Below, piece by piece: positions 43,522 through 53,473 of a stretch of DNA of 64,000 nucleotides (position 1 is its first letter; every line of letters starts with the position of its first letter). Source of the DNA: Shewanella sp. (GTDB taxonomy: Bacteria > Pseudomonadota > Gammaproteobacteria > Enterobacterales > Shewanellaceae); the NCBI GenBank assembly GCA_037132815.1, contig JBAHZX010000104.1, positions 16,599-80,598 of the forward strand. Reading direction: 5' to 3'. A program made the translations under genes and the position numbers. Under the pieces are notes generated by a model. That model ran no database searches and was not told the DNA's origin. It saw nothing but the letters and a program-made list of their open reading frames with translations.

Positions 43522-44121
43522 TTAAGTATGAAGATTATTTATCAAAGTCTGATATATCTCTGGGGTATCGATATCCTGATGGATAACAGGTGTAGTTAGC
43601 CCCATATAAGCCACAGTTTGCCTATTGATAATAGACTTCATTTTACTGCTATTGGGAGCCTCTATGATGGCCATCGCTAAAGAAGAAGGCAGCAATACAG
43701 GATGGCCACTATTTTTAATATCCCCCGGAAACAAGCTCACCTCGCCCCTAAGTTGCCACATAGAACGAAACACATCTGCGCCTATGTTAGGCATATCACC
43801 ATGAGTAATAAAGAAGTGTTCACTATTAACCTGAGCCACTCCAACCTGAATAGAAGTAAACATACCTTGGGTAAACTGCTCATTGATCACCACCAATACA
43901 TTGGGACGACCACGATATCTCTCAACCAGTTCCTGACCTCTATGGCCAACAACCAAAATGACACGGGAGCAAAAACTCAGCGCATTATCAATACTTTGAT
44001 CAAGAATTGTATGGTGACGATATGCTAACATCATCTTCCACTCTCCCATTCGCGATGATAAACCTGCGGCTGGCATTACACAATCAATATTCCGATTCAA
44101 AGGAACTTGAATCAATGACAT
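43522..44121 (-). CDS. mocA: Molybdenum cofactor cytidylyltransferase (MocA/YgfJ)
   Basis: PAAGLSSRMGEWKMML, GMFTSIQ, HGDMP, GHPVL, DIDTPE; context. Confidence 0.88.
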   Translation of the reverse strand: MSLIQVPLNRNIDCVMPAAGLSSRMGEWKMMLAYRHHTILDQSIDNALSFCSRVILVVGHRGQELVERYRGRPNVLVVINEQFTQGMFTSIQVGVAQVNSEHFFITHGDMPNIGADVFRSMWQLRGEVSLFPGDIKNSGHPVLLPSSLAMAIIEAPNSSKMKSIINRQTVAYMGLTTPVIHQDIDTPEIYQTLINNLHT

Positions 44122-44145
44122 GCTGGTATTCTCCTGGATAAGTTT

Positions 44146-45078
44146 ATGATGTTACTCGACGCTATTTATGATCAAGATCATGCATCGACCCAACTGCTGG
44201 CCCTCGTCGGTGGTGGTGGTAAAAGCACCACCGCCTTTGTGCTTGCCCGCCAGGCTAAAGCCCGAGGATTAAAGGTCTTAATCACCACAACCACTAAGAT
44301 GTACCTCCCCCGACCATACCAATTCGATACTATCATAGACGCTGATTATTTAAGCTATCAAATTGATAGCCATGATAGCTCAGTGAGCCTATCAGCCCCC
44401 CGAGCGTTTATTTCTACAACCGCCTCTCCCGACTGCGGCGATACAACCGAATTATATCCTTTAAAGCCAAGGCACTATACTCCCTCGTCATCGTCAACTG
44501 CAAGTATCTACTTTTGCTATCAAAAAATAATAGAAGATATTGAAAATAAAGAGAGAAATAAAGTTACAGGTTTATCGACCACCATGTTAGACAAGCTTAA
44601 ATCTGTAGCATTATTCGATTTAATCATCATAGAAGCCGACGGCGCAAAACACTTACCGATTAAAGCCCCTTCTGGGCATGAGCCTTGCATTCCTTCCTCT
44701 GTTGATACCGTGATAGCGGTCACTGGTTGCGAAATTATTAACCAGAAAATCGATCCTAGGCTGATCCACCGTTGGACTGATTTTCAACATATCACCCAAT
44801 GCAAGGCTGGCGAGATACTGGATCAACAAGTTTTGAGTAGGCTAATAGCACACAAAAACGGTATGTTTAAACACGCTCCCAAAAAAGCAAAGCGAGTCTG
44901 GATCATTAATAAAGTCGAACTTTCAGATAACTATCCAGCAGTAAGAACACTCGCAATGGGTCTACTCAAGCAGGAGATGAAACTCGACGTCATCTGCTTA
45001 GCAAATATGCAAGCCTTTATGCCCATAAAAGAGGTGATGACTAAAAGGTCAATCACTAAGAGTGACGAGGACGGATAA
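44146..45078 (+). CDS. yqeC: Selenium cofactor biosynthesis protein YqeC
   Basis: VGGGGKST, ITTTTKM, IEADGAKHLPIKAP..HEPCIP. Confidence 0.9.
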   Translation: MMLLDAIYDQDHASTQLLALVGGGGKSTTAFVLARQAKARGLKVLITTTTKMYLPRPYQFDTIIDADYLSYQIDSHDSSVSLSAPRAFISTTASPDCGDTTELYPLKPRHYTPSSSSTASIYFCYQKIIEDIENKERNKVTGLSTTMLDKLKSVALFDLIIIEADGAKHLPIKAPSGHEPCIPSSVDTVIAVTGCEIINQKIDPRLIHRWTDFQHITQCKAGEILDQQVLSRLIAHKNGMFKHAPKKAKRVWIINKVELSDNYPAVRTLAMGLLKQEMKLDVICLANMQAFMPIKEVMTKRSITKSDEDG

Positions 45079-45110
45079 ACTTACCGCCTCCTTTAGTATA
45101 AGGTTAATTT

Positions 45111-46706
45111 ATGAATATTTTTGCTCATGCTGCTAAGTTAGAAGAACTCAACACCCCCTTCGCACTTGCTAACATTCTCGAAACATCAGGCTCGGCTCCC
45201 AGACATCAAGGACAGATGATAGTTAAAGCTGACGGTACAATACTTGGGACCATAGGTGGTGGCATGATTGAGCGCTTTGTTATTGAACAAGCCATCGAGG
45301 CAATCCAACAAAGGGAACCCAGAGTAGTAAAAGGCCGCATGACTCGCACTGGCCCCGATGCCATGAATATGGACTGTGGTGGTACGATGTCAGTACATAT
45401 CGATGTCTTTGGCTTAAGAGCCCCCTTAATTCTTATCGGTGCTGGCCACGTCAACCGGGCCGTAGCTCAAGCAGCCCACGCTTTAGGTTTCGACATTACT
45501 GTCGTCGATACTTATGCCGACAGTTTAGCCGAAGAAAACTTCCCACTAGGCAGTAAAAAGGTCTTTGCTGAAACAATGGCAGAAGCCATAGATAAACTCA
45601 CCATCACAGAGCAAAGCTACTTGGTGATCGCCACAAACCATGAAGATAAAGATGCAATCTCCAAAATTGTCAAACAAGATGCTAAATATATTGGTCTAAT
45701 GGCCAGTAAACGTAAGTCACAGACTCTGCTTACTCACCTCAAACATATTGGGATTGGTAATGACCGTATCCAATCCGTTTACTCTCCCATCGGATTTAGC
45801 ATCGGCGCTGAGACACCAGAAGAAATTGCCGTCAGTATCATGGCCGAGATCTTAAAAATCAAAAATGGGGCTGCAGGTGGCCAGATGAGAGACAACCCGC
45901 GCATCAATAAAAAACGTTTAGTTCTGATCCGTGGCGCCGGTGATATCGCCACAGGGGTAGCCATACGTCTGCACAATGCTGGCTTTAAGGTGGTAATGAC
46001 AGATATAGCAAAACCAACGATTATCCGTCGATCCGTCTCCTTTGCCCAGTGTATATTTGATGACACTGCCACCGTCGAAGGGATCACCGCAAAAAAGGCC
46101 GACTCTTGTCATTCAATCTTTGATCTCATCGATAAGGGCATAATCCCTGTTTTGGTCGATGACAACTGCAAAATCGTCACAAAATTATGTCCAAATTTCG
46201 TAGTCGATGCCATCTTGGCTAAGCGCAACTTAGGCACGACAAAAGAGCTAGCACCACACACCGTGGCACTCGGCCCCGGTTTTATGGCGGGTGTGGACTG
46301 CGATGCGGTTATTGAGACCAATCGTGGTCATCATTTAGGCCGTATCATATATAAAGGTGAAACTGCCCCTAATACTGGTATTCCTGGCAACATCGGCGGG
46401 TATACACACCAAAGGGTATTAAGATCTCCTGAAGCTGGCATCATGCACTGCTGCGTCAGCTTGGGCGATATAGTGAAGGAGGGCGAACTTATCGCCCAAG
46501 TGAACGATACCCCCATCATAGCCCCTATGTCTGGCAAGGTCAGAGGGCTACTGAATGAGGGACTGGAGGTTCACCAAGGCCTTAAAATTGGCGATATCGA
46601 TCCAAGGGGATGTAAAGCCGACCACCTAACCGTATCCGATAAAGCCCGCGCCATCGGCGGAAGTGTGTTGGAGGCATTGCTACACTTAGATATGCGCAGC
46701 TCATAA
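45111..46706 (+). CDS. yqeB: YqeB: XdhC-like Moco chaperone fused to a selenium-dependent Mo hydroxylase system domain
   Basis: N-half GSAPRH, GTIGGG, CGG, IGAETPEEIA; C-half LIRGAGDIATGVA, ETNRGHHLG, KIGDIDPR, SDKARAIGG. Confidence 0.93.
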   Translation: MNIFAHAAKLEELNTPFALANILETSGSAPRHQGQMIVKADGTILGTIGGGMIERFVIEQAIEAIQQREPRVVKGRMTRTGPDAMNMDCGGTMSVHIDVFGLRAPLILIGAGHVNRAVAQAAHALGFDITVVDTYADSLAEENFPLGSKKVFAETMAEAIDKLTITEQSYLVIATNHEDKDAISKIVKQDAKYIGLMASKRKSQTLLTHLKHIGIGNDRIQSVYSPIGFSIGAETPEEIAVSIMAEILKIKNGAAGGQMRDNPRINKKRLVLIRGAGDIATGVAIRLHNAGFKVVMTDIAKPTIIRRSVSFAQCIFDDTATVEGITAKKADSCHSIFDLIDKGIIPVLVDDNCKIVTKLCPNFVVDAILAKRNLGTTKELAPHTVALGPGFMAGVDCDAVIETNRGHHLGRIIYKGETAPNTGIPGNIGGYTHQRVLRSPEAGIMHCCVSLGDIVKEGELIAQVNDTPIIAPMSGKVRGLLNEGLEVHQGLKIGDIDPRGCKADHLTVSDKARAIGGSVLEALLHLDMRSS

Positions 46707-47001
46707 GGTCTTAATCCAAAGGGTCACGAACCATAAACACATCAATATTTAACCAAACTAGATCTTGTATCAAGGCCGTTTAAAGACACGGCTAGCGTAT
46801 TTTAATCCCTGACTCTAACAGGGTTTACCGATTATCATCGTCTAGCCCAGCCATTTTGTTCTCGCCATACTGGCTGATTTCGTTGTATCTTGGCTTAGTA
46901 TTAATCTTTATGTCTGCACCTTAAATTATTGAGGGCATTATCCCCCTTACCTTTAAGTGTCCAAATTCACTATGCCACTACAATTGGTATAGGGATGATA
47001 A

Positions 47002-47028
47002 AGATGTCATCTCTTGTCGATGACATCT
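47002..47028. terminator. Hairpin between convergent yqeB and PFOR (probable terminator)
   Basis: AGATGTCATC-7 nt-GATGACATCT perfect 10-bp stem. Confidence 0.55.
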
Positions 47029-47091
47029 AGCAACAAATAAAGCTTTGCAGGCTCAGAAGCTTACCTGTGGCCAATCTCAACTTTAAAGCAT

Positions 47092-50000
47092 CTACTCCAC
47101 ATCAACCTCCACATGAGCTGCAACCTCACCTGGAGGGCGTGACGCTATCTCCTCATAAAGCTTCCATCTACGCTCCAAAACATGCTGCGCCCGGTTGGTG
47201 AGTGACTCGGCTAATTCAGGGTTACTGCGTGTCAGCACATTAAATCTAGCCTCATGAGAGCGATATTCCTTCAAGGAAATACTAGGTCTCAATGAATCGA
47301 GTGAAAATGGATTCTCTCCTACATCACGTAAATCTGGGTTATACCTAAACAATGGCCAGTGACCTGACTTAACCGCTAACTGCTGTTGCCGTAACCCTTT
47401 TTCCATGTCTATACCATGGGCAATACAATGACTGTAGGCGATGATGATCGAGGGTCCTTTATAAGCTTCCGCTTCTCGCATTGCCAACAACGTCTGCTGG
47501 GGATCACCTCCTAAGGCAATGCGAGCAACGTAAACGTTGTTGTAGGAGATGGCTTGCATTGCCACATCTTTCTTAGTGGTCTGCTTACCCGCAGCAGCAA
47601 ATTTAGCGACTGCACCGAGGGGCGTTGATTTAGACATTTGACCGCCGGTGTTAGAGTACACCTCGGTATCCATCACCAACACATTGACATCTGCGCCACT
47701 GGCTAACACATGATCTAAGCCGCTAGAGCCAATATCATAAGCCCAACCATCACCACCTATTATCCAGATTGAACGACGGATCAGCTGATCGGCAACCGAG
47801 AGAAGATTAAGCGCATCTTCCGTACCGCGCTTTTCAAGCTCAAGTTTCAGCTCATCGACACGTTTAATCTGTGCCTGTATATCAGACTCAGACTGTTGTT
47901 CGCCATTAAGTAACTTATCAACAAGTTCAGGCATGAGATCCCCTTGCGGATCTTGACTGATACGAGTCAGTAGCTGCTTAGCTATTTCTTGCTGCTTAAT
48001 GGCCGCTAAACGGAAACCAAAGCCAAACTCGGCATTATCTTCAAACAGTGAATTAGCCCAAGCAGGCCCTCGGCCGGCATCATTCTTAGCCCAAGGTGTA
48101 GTGGGTAAGTTACCGCCATAGATAGATGAGCAACCTGTGGCATTAGCGATCATTAAGCGATCACCAAAGAGCTGAGACACCAATTTAAGGTAAGGGGTTT
48201 CACCACAACCTGAGCAAGCTCCCGAGAACTCGAACAGGGGCTGCAAAAACTGAGCACCGCGAACATGTGAAAAATCCACTCGTGATCTGTCGTTGTAGGG
48301 TATTGAAGTAAAGAAATCGAGATCTTTTTTAGCCTGCTCCATAAACGGCCCTTTAGGCTGCATATTAATAGCTTTGACCTCAGGACTAGTGTCTGTAGCT
48401 TCTTGTATCACCATAGGACAAGCATCGACACACAAGATACAGCCAGTACAATCCTGTGCATATACCTGCAAGGTATAGCGAGTATCAGGGAAACCGCGAG
48501 CAGTAATAGTATGAGACTTGAAACCATGCGGCGCCTTGTTCAGCAGGGATTTGTCATAAAACTTAGCGCGGATAGCCCCATGAGGACAGACAATTGAGCA
48601 GTTACCACATTGGATACAAGATGTCTCTTCCCACACTGGGATCTGTAGGGCGATATCACGCTTCTCCCACTGGGTCGTGCCCGATGGGTAGGTGCCATCA
48701 ACCGGTAACATAGAAACAGGGATCAGATCGCCCTTACCTGCCATCATCTTAGCCGTCACCTGTTTAACAAAATCAGGAGCTTTGTCATCAACCAAAGGCC
48801 TATCAATCACTTTTGCGGTGACTGATGCGGGTATCTTCACCTCTTCGAGGTGAGCTAAGGTATGATCCACGGCAAAAAAGTTTTTCTCAATAACCTTAGG
48901 CCCTTTATGAGTATAAGTTTTAACAATGGACTTTTTGATTTTATCGATGGCAATGTCTTTTTCTAATACCCCCGAAAGGGCAAAGAAACACGTCTGCATT
49001 ATTGTATTAATACGCTTGCCCATGCCAGTATCGTCACCCACCTTGTAGGCATCAATGACATACATACTCATTTTTTTCTCAATCAATTGAGACTGCATTC
49101 TAGCGGGTAGTGTATCCCACACTTTATCGGCACTGGCTTGAGTATTAAGCAGAAATACAGCATGTTCTGTGGCTTTAGCTAACATATCAGTTGTATTGAC
49201 AAAGGTCTCCTGATGACAGGCAACAAAGTTAGCCGATTGGATAAGATAAGGGCTGTTAATAGCATTTTTACCAAAACGCAGATGTGACTCGGTTTGTGAG
49301 CCTGACTTTTTCGAATCATAGACAAAATAGCCCTGAGCAAAATAATCAGGATCTTCACCTATTATTTTAATGGTATTTTTATTTGCACCAACAGTACCAT
49401 CGGCACCTAGACCATAGAAAATAGCCCGCACTACGTCTTTTGACTCTAAATTGTAATCGGCGTCGTACTCAAGATGGGAGTGGCAAACATCATCAATAAT
49501 TCCTAAGGTGAAATGGTTCTTTGGCTTTTCCTGAGATAAATTATTAAACACAGCATTAACCATAGCCGGAGTAAACTCTTTACTAGACAGCCCATAGCGT
49601 CCTGCCACGATCATAGGCATCTGTGGCAAGTTACCTTGCTCACTATAACTATCAACCAATGAGGTTAAAATATCTTGATAGAGAGGATCGCCGTTAGCAC
49701 CTGGTTCCTTGGTTCTATCAAGCACAGCTATTTTCTTAACCGTTTCTGGCAGGGCCGCAAGCAGATATTCAGCACTCATTGGGCGGTACAATCTCACCTG
49801 CAATAAACCCACTTTTTCACCTGCTCGGTTTAAGGCATCAACGGTCTCTCTAATGGTTTCAATACCTGAGCCCATGGCGATGACTACCCGCTCTGCGGCT
49901 TCATCACCATAAAACTCAATCAGTTTGTAATATCGACCAGTGAGATCACCGAGTTTATCCATACTCGCCTGCACGATATCAGGTGTCCTATTGTAAAATG

Positions 50001-50724
50001 CAGTCACCGTTTCACGGCCTTGAAAATAGACATCCGGGTTTTGCGCCGTACCTCTGATAAAGGGTTTGTTTGGACTCAAACCACGTTCTCTATGGGCTCT
50101 AACAAGTTTGTCATCGATCATAATGCGAATATCAGTATCACTAATAAGCGCAATCTTATTCACTTCATGTGAGGTTCTAAATCCATCGAAGAAGTGAATA
50201 AAAGGGATCCGCGCATCTAACGTAGCGGTGTGAGCCACCATAGCCATATCGTGGGATTCTTGTACGGAAGATGATGCTAATATCGCAAAGCCTGTACCTC
50301 TAGCCGCCATCACATCCTGATGATCACCAAAAATGGATAAACCCTGAGCCGCCAGTGAACGCGCCGCAACATGGAATACCGTTGCAGTTAGCTCACCAGC
50401 AATTTTATACATATTCGGTAACATCAGCAGTAAGCCTTGTGAAGCTGTAAATGTGGTAGTCAGGGCACCACTTTGCAATGCTCCATGCACAGTACCAGCC
50501 GCACCACCTTCGCTCTGCATTGAAGCGATAAGAGGGATCCCTTGCCAAATATTACGAATATCTTTAGCAGCCCACTCCTCGGCCAACTCTGCCATAGTCG
50601 AGGATGGCGTAATGGGATAGATGGCACATACTTCACTGACCCTATAGGCAATATGGGCAGCAGCCTCGTTACCATCACAGGTGTGCATCGAGGCGGTGAC
50701 TAAGTTGAATTTTGTTGTTCTCAT
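47092..50724 (-). CDS. nifJ: Pyruvate:ferredoxin (flavodoxin) oxidoreductase, single-chain NifJ/PFOR type
   Basis: YPITPS, QSEGGAAG, GADGTVGANK, two ferredoxin motifs, FSGACSGCGE, GGDGWAYDIG TPP motif, YSNTGGQ. Confidence 0.96.
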   Translation of the reverse strand: MRTTKFNLVTASMHTCDGNEAAAHIAYRVSEVCAIYPITPSSTMAELAEEWAAKDIRNIWQGIPLIASMQSEGGAAGTVHGALQSGALTTTFTASQGLLLMLPNMYKIAGELTATVFHVAARSLAAQGLSIFGDHQDVMAARGTGFAILASSSVQESHDMAMVAHTATLDARIPFIHFFDGFRTSHEVNKIALISDTDIRIMIDDKLVRAHRERGLSPNKPFIRGTAQNPDVYFQGRETVTAFYNRTPDIVQASMDKLGDLTGRYYKLIEFYGDEAAERVVIAMGSGIETIRETVDALNRAGEKVGLLQVRLYRPMSAEYLLAALPETVKKIAVLDRTKEPGANGDPLYQDILTSLVDSYSEQGNLPQMPMIVAGRYGLSSKEFTPAMVNAVFNNLSQEKPKNHFTLGIIDDVCHSHLEYDADYNLESKDVVRAIFYGLGADGTVGANKNTIKIIGEDPDYFAQGYFVYDSKKSGSQTESHLRFGKNAINSPYLIQSANFVACHQETFVNTTDMLAKATEHAVFLLNTQASADKVWDTLPARMQSQLIEKKMSMYVIDAYKVGDDTGMGKRINTIMQTCFFALSGVLEKDIAIDKIKKSIVKTYTHKGPKVIEKNFFAVDHTLAHLEEVKIPASVTAKVIDRPLVDDKAPDFVKQVTAKMMAGKGDLIPVSMLPVDGTYPSGTTQWEKRDIALQIPVWEETSCIQCGNCSIVCPHGAIRAKFYDKSLLNKAPHGFKSHTITARGFPDTRYTLQVYAQDCTGCILCVDACPMVIQEATDTSPEVKAINMQPKGPFMEQAKKDLDFFTSIPYNDRSRVDFSHVRGAQFLQPLFEFSGACSGCGETPYLKLVSQLFGDRLMIANATGCSSIYGGNLPTTPWAKNDAGRGPAWANSLFEDNAEFGFGFRLAAIKQQEIAKQLLTRISQDPQGDLMPELVDKLLNGEQQSESDIQAQIKRVDELKLELEKRGTEDALNLLSVADQLIRRSIWIIGGDGWAYDIGSSGLDHVLASGADVNVLVMDTEVYSNTGGQMSKSTPLGAVAKFAAAGKQTTKKDVAMQAISYNNVYVARIALGGDPQQTLLAMREAEAYKGPSIIIAYSHCIAHGIDMEKGLRQQQLAVKSGHWPLFRYNPDLRDVGENPFSLDSLRPSISLKEYRSHEARFNVLTRSNPELAESLTNRAQHVLERRWKLYEEIASRPPGEVAAHVEVDVE

Positions 50725-50732
50725 ATCTGCTC

Positions 50733-52364
50733 CTAAGCCTGCTCAGCGGCTACCATCTCGATGGCATGACATGGACATTGGGAATAGCAAGCGTTACAAC
50801 CCGTACACTTGTCATAATCGACCTTATAGCCTTTACCTTTACCTAAATAAGTAATAGCGCCATGATAACAAGCCGCTAAGCAGCCATGACATTCAAAACA
50901 GTTACCACAAGAGTAACAACGCTGAGCTTCATAAAGGGTTTCTTGCTCGGTTAATCCACCGAGCACCTCATCAAAATTAGTGCGTCGTTCTGCAGGATCG
51001 ATAGTAGGTTGCTCACTCTGATCAGCATCAGTTTTATACCAAAGATGCAACTTATCTAGCTTGATAAGTGGTATTTTATCGACCTTAGTAAAGATGCGCC
51101 CTTTGAGAAAAGCATCGATATTGGCCGCCGCTTTCTTACCATGGCCAACCGCAATGGTGACAGTACGATCGCAAGGCACCATATCACCACCAGCGAATAA
51201 GCCTTTATAGCCTGTCATCATATTGTCGTTAACAACAACGCTGCCATCCCACTTATGCTCAACACCCGGAATAGCCTTAGTGAGTTTGGTATCGATATTC
51301 TGACCAAGAGCAAGAATTAACGAGTCGGCTTGCAAAGTCTCAAAATCGCCTGTTGGCTGAGGCTTACCATCTTGGTTGATCGTCATTTTCTCTAGGGTAA
51401 ATTGCGTACCATCTATCTGATTGATGGTACGCTGCCAATGAAACTCGACACCCTCTTCCATAGCTTCGACACATTCAAAATCATGGGCCGGCATATTAGC
51501 CCTATCTCGACGGTAGACAAGTTTAACCTGAGCGCCGAAACGTTTAGCGGTACGCGCCGCATCCATGGCCGTGTTACCCCCACCATAAACCACCACGACG
51601 TTACCCAATTTTGGGGCCTTCCCTAGCTCAACATCTCTCAAGTAGGAGACCGCATCGGTCACCTTTTCAGGATCGGCATTGGGGATATCCACACCGCGAC
51701 CAATATGGGCACCAATGGCGAGAAATACCGCATCGAACTGCCCACTCACTTTCTCTGCGAGAATGGACTCAACCTTAGTATTGAGCACAAGCTTAATTCC
51801 CATATCTTCGATACGTTGGATCTCTTGATCTAATACTTTGCGCGGTAAACGATAAGCTGGAATACCAAAATGCATCATGCCCCCAGCCATGGGAGCACTA
51901 TCATGGATCTCGACATCATGACCCTTGCGCTTCAGATGATAAGCTGTTGCTAAGCCACTGGGGCCTGCACCAATGATAAGCACTCGCTTACCACTCGATT
52001 TGGCCTCGAAGCGTACTGGCCACTTATGCTCGATGGCTTGATCGCCTAGATAACGCTCCACCGCATGAATACTCACAGATTGGTCGACATCAGTACGATT
52101 ACACGCATTCTCACAAGGGTGGTAGCAGACACGGCCATGAATGGCCGGCATTGGATTATTCTTGATCAACGCCTGAAATGCAGCTTCATACTCTTCCTCT
52201 TGAGCTAGGGCTAGCCACTCTTGAATATTGCTACCCGTCGGGCAGGCATAATTACAAGGAGGAAGAGAATTTGCGTAGATGGGTAACTTACTGCGCACCG
52301 CGCCAGAGCCTTTCTTTGCAGTCAGATCTGGTGGTAATGTCATATCTTTGGAAGTATGTCTCAT
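50733..52364 (-). CDS. GltD/NfnB-like NAD(P)-dependent flavin-Fe-S oxidoreductase with C-terminal ferredoxin domain
   Basis: PCNYACP, GRVCYHPCENAC, GAGPSG, GGGNTAMD, YRR, RCYSCGNCFECHGC...CTGCNACYSQCP. Confidence 0.88.
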   Translation of the reverse strand: MRHTSKDMTLPPDLTAKKGSGAVRSKLPIYANSLPPCNYACPTGSNIQEWLALAQEEEYEAAFQALIKNNPMPAIHGRVCYHPCENACNRTDVDQSVSIHAVERYLGDQAIEHKWPVRFEAKSSGKRVLIIGAGPSGLATAYHLKRKGHDVEIHDSAPMAGGMMHFGIPAYRLPRKVLDQEIQRIEDMGIKLVLNTKVESILAEKVSGQFDAVFLAIGAHIGRGVDIPNADPEKVTDAVSYLRDVELGKAPKLGNVVVVYGGGNTAMDAARTAKRFGAQVKLVYRRDRANMPAHDFECVEAMEEGVEFHWQRTINQIDGTQFTLEKMTINQDGKPQPTGDFETLQADSLILALGQNIDTKLTKAIPGVEHKWDGSVVVNDNMMTGYKGLFAGGDMVPCDRTVTIAVGHGKKAAANIDAFLKGRIFTKVDKIPLIKLDKLHLWYKTDADQSEQPTIDPAERRTNFDEVLGGLTEQETLYEAQRCYSCGNCFECHGCLAACYHGAITYLGKGKGYKVDYDKCTGCNACYSQCPCHAIEMVAAEQA

Positions 52365-52477
52365 ATTTTTACTGCCTTAATATGGATCATATAATGCGTC
52401 TAAACTGGATGTCACGTCGACGCAATCTATATTCAAGGTTGTATGAGCAAAGGGAGTTCTCCCTGTACTTTAACCCA

Positions 52478-53380
52478 TTAGTTACAAATGCAGGTTCCTG
52501 AACGCTCAGCCAATACATCAAGCCCATGCTCCAAGGCACCGATATAAGCCTTGCCACCAAATTCAGCAAAGTCACTGACAGCTTCAACTTTGGGTCCCAT
52601 AGAACCGGCAGGGAAGTCAAACTGGCTTAATTCAGCAGGCGTTACATTACGCAGTGCACGTTGTTTTTTTGTGCCCCAATCAAGATAAATGGCATCAGCA
52701 TCGGTAAGAATTAGTAACTTCTCTGCATTCAATTGCTTAGCAAGTAGTGTCGCCGATAGATCTTTATCGATAACCCCCTCAACCCCCTCGTAACCGAGAT
52801 CAGACTTACACACTGGAATACCACCGCCACCACAGCAGATCACCACTTCATCAGCAGCAAGCAAAACCTCAATAGCATGTTTATCAAGAATATGAATCGG
52901 CTTAGGAGAGGGCACCACGCGACGGATAAATTCACCATCTCGCTTCATAATCCAATTATTCGCTTCAGCTAAAGCACTGGCTTCATCTTCGTTGTATACC
53001 GGGCCTACAAACTTAGTCGGATCTAGCATGCTCTGATCATTAGCATCCACTTCTATACGTGTCAGAAGAGTAGACACTTCACGATCAGGCATTAAATTTT
53101 GAACCTCTTGAGCCAACATATAACCGATCATACCTTCAGTTTCTGCACCTAATACATCTAAAGGATAGGGAGATATTTTGTTATAAGCTAAGTTCTGTAG
53201 CGCTATCAGGCCTACTTGTGGACCGTTACCATGTACGATAGCGACGCGATAATCTTTAGCAATTTCGGCGATGGCTGCGGCAGCTATTTTTATATTAGCT
53301 AATTGGTTGTCAAAACTTGGGGCATCACCACGAGGTAGTAATGCGTTGCCTCCTAAGGCAACTACAGCAATTGGTTTCAT
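52478..53380 (-). CDS. arcC: Carbamate kinase
   Basis: VALGGNALL, HGNGPQVG, PTKFVGP, RRVVPSP, GGGGIPV, IDKDL, GSMGPKV. Confidence 0.95.
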   Translation of the reverse strand: MKPIAVVALGGNALLPRGDAPSFDNQLANIKIAAAAIAEIAKDYRVAIVHGNGPQVGLIALQNLAYNKISPYPLDVLGAETEGMIGYMLAQEVQNLMPDREVSTLLTRIEVDANDQSMLDPTKFVGPVYNEDEASALAEANNWIMKRDGEFIRRVVPSPKPIHILDKHAIEVLLAADEVVICCGGGGIPVCKSDLGYEGVEGVIDKDLSATLLAKQLNAEKLLILTDADAIYLDWGTKKQRALRNVTPAELSQFDFPAGSMGPKVEAVSDFAEFGGKAYIGALEHGLDVLAERSGTCICN

Positions 53381-53473
53381 AAATACTCCTTGGTTCTCCG
53401 ACTCATTAACCCGCAGTTCTAAAAGAAATCACACTGAATCCATCGCGAATTTTTGAGTGGATAAAATAACAAA

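Noticed and set aside
46707-47091. 385-bp spacer between yqeB and PFOR as a hidden gene or mobile remnant
   Set aside because: Only very short ORFs and terminator-like hairpins; no transposase similarity or terminal repeats recognised
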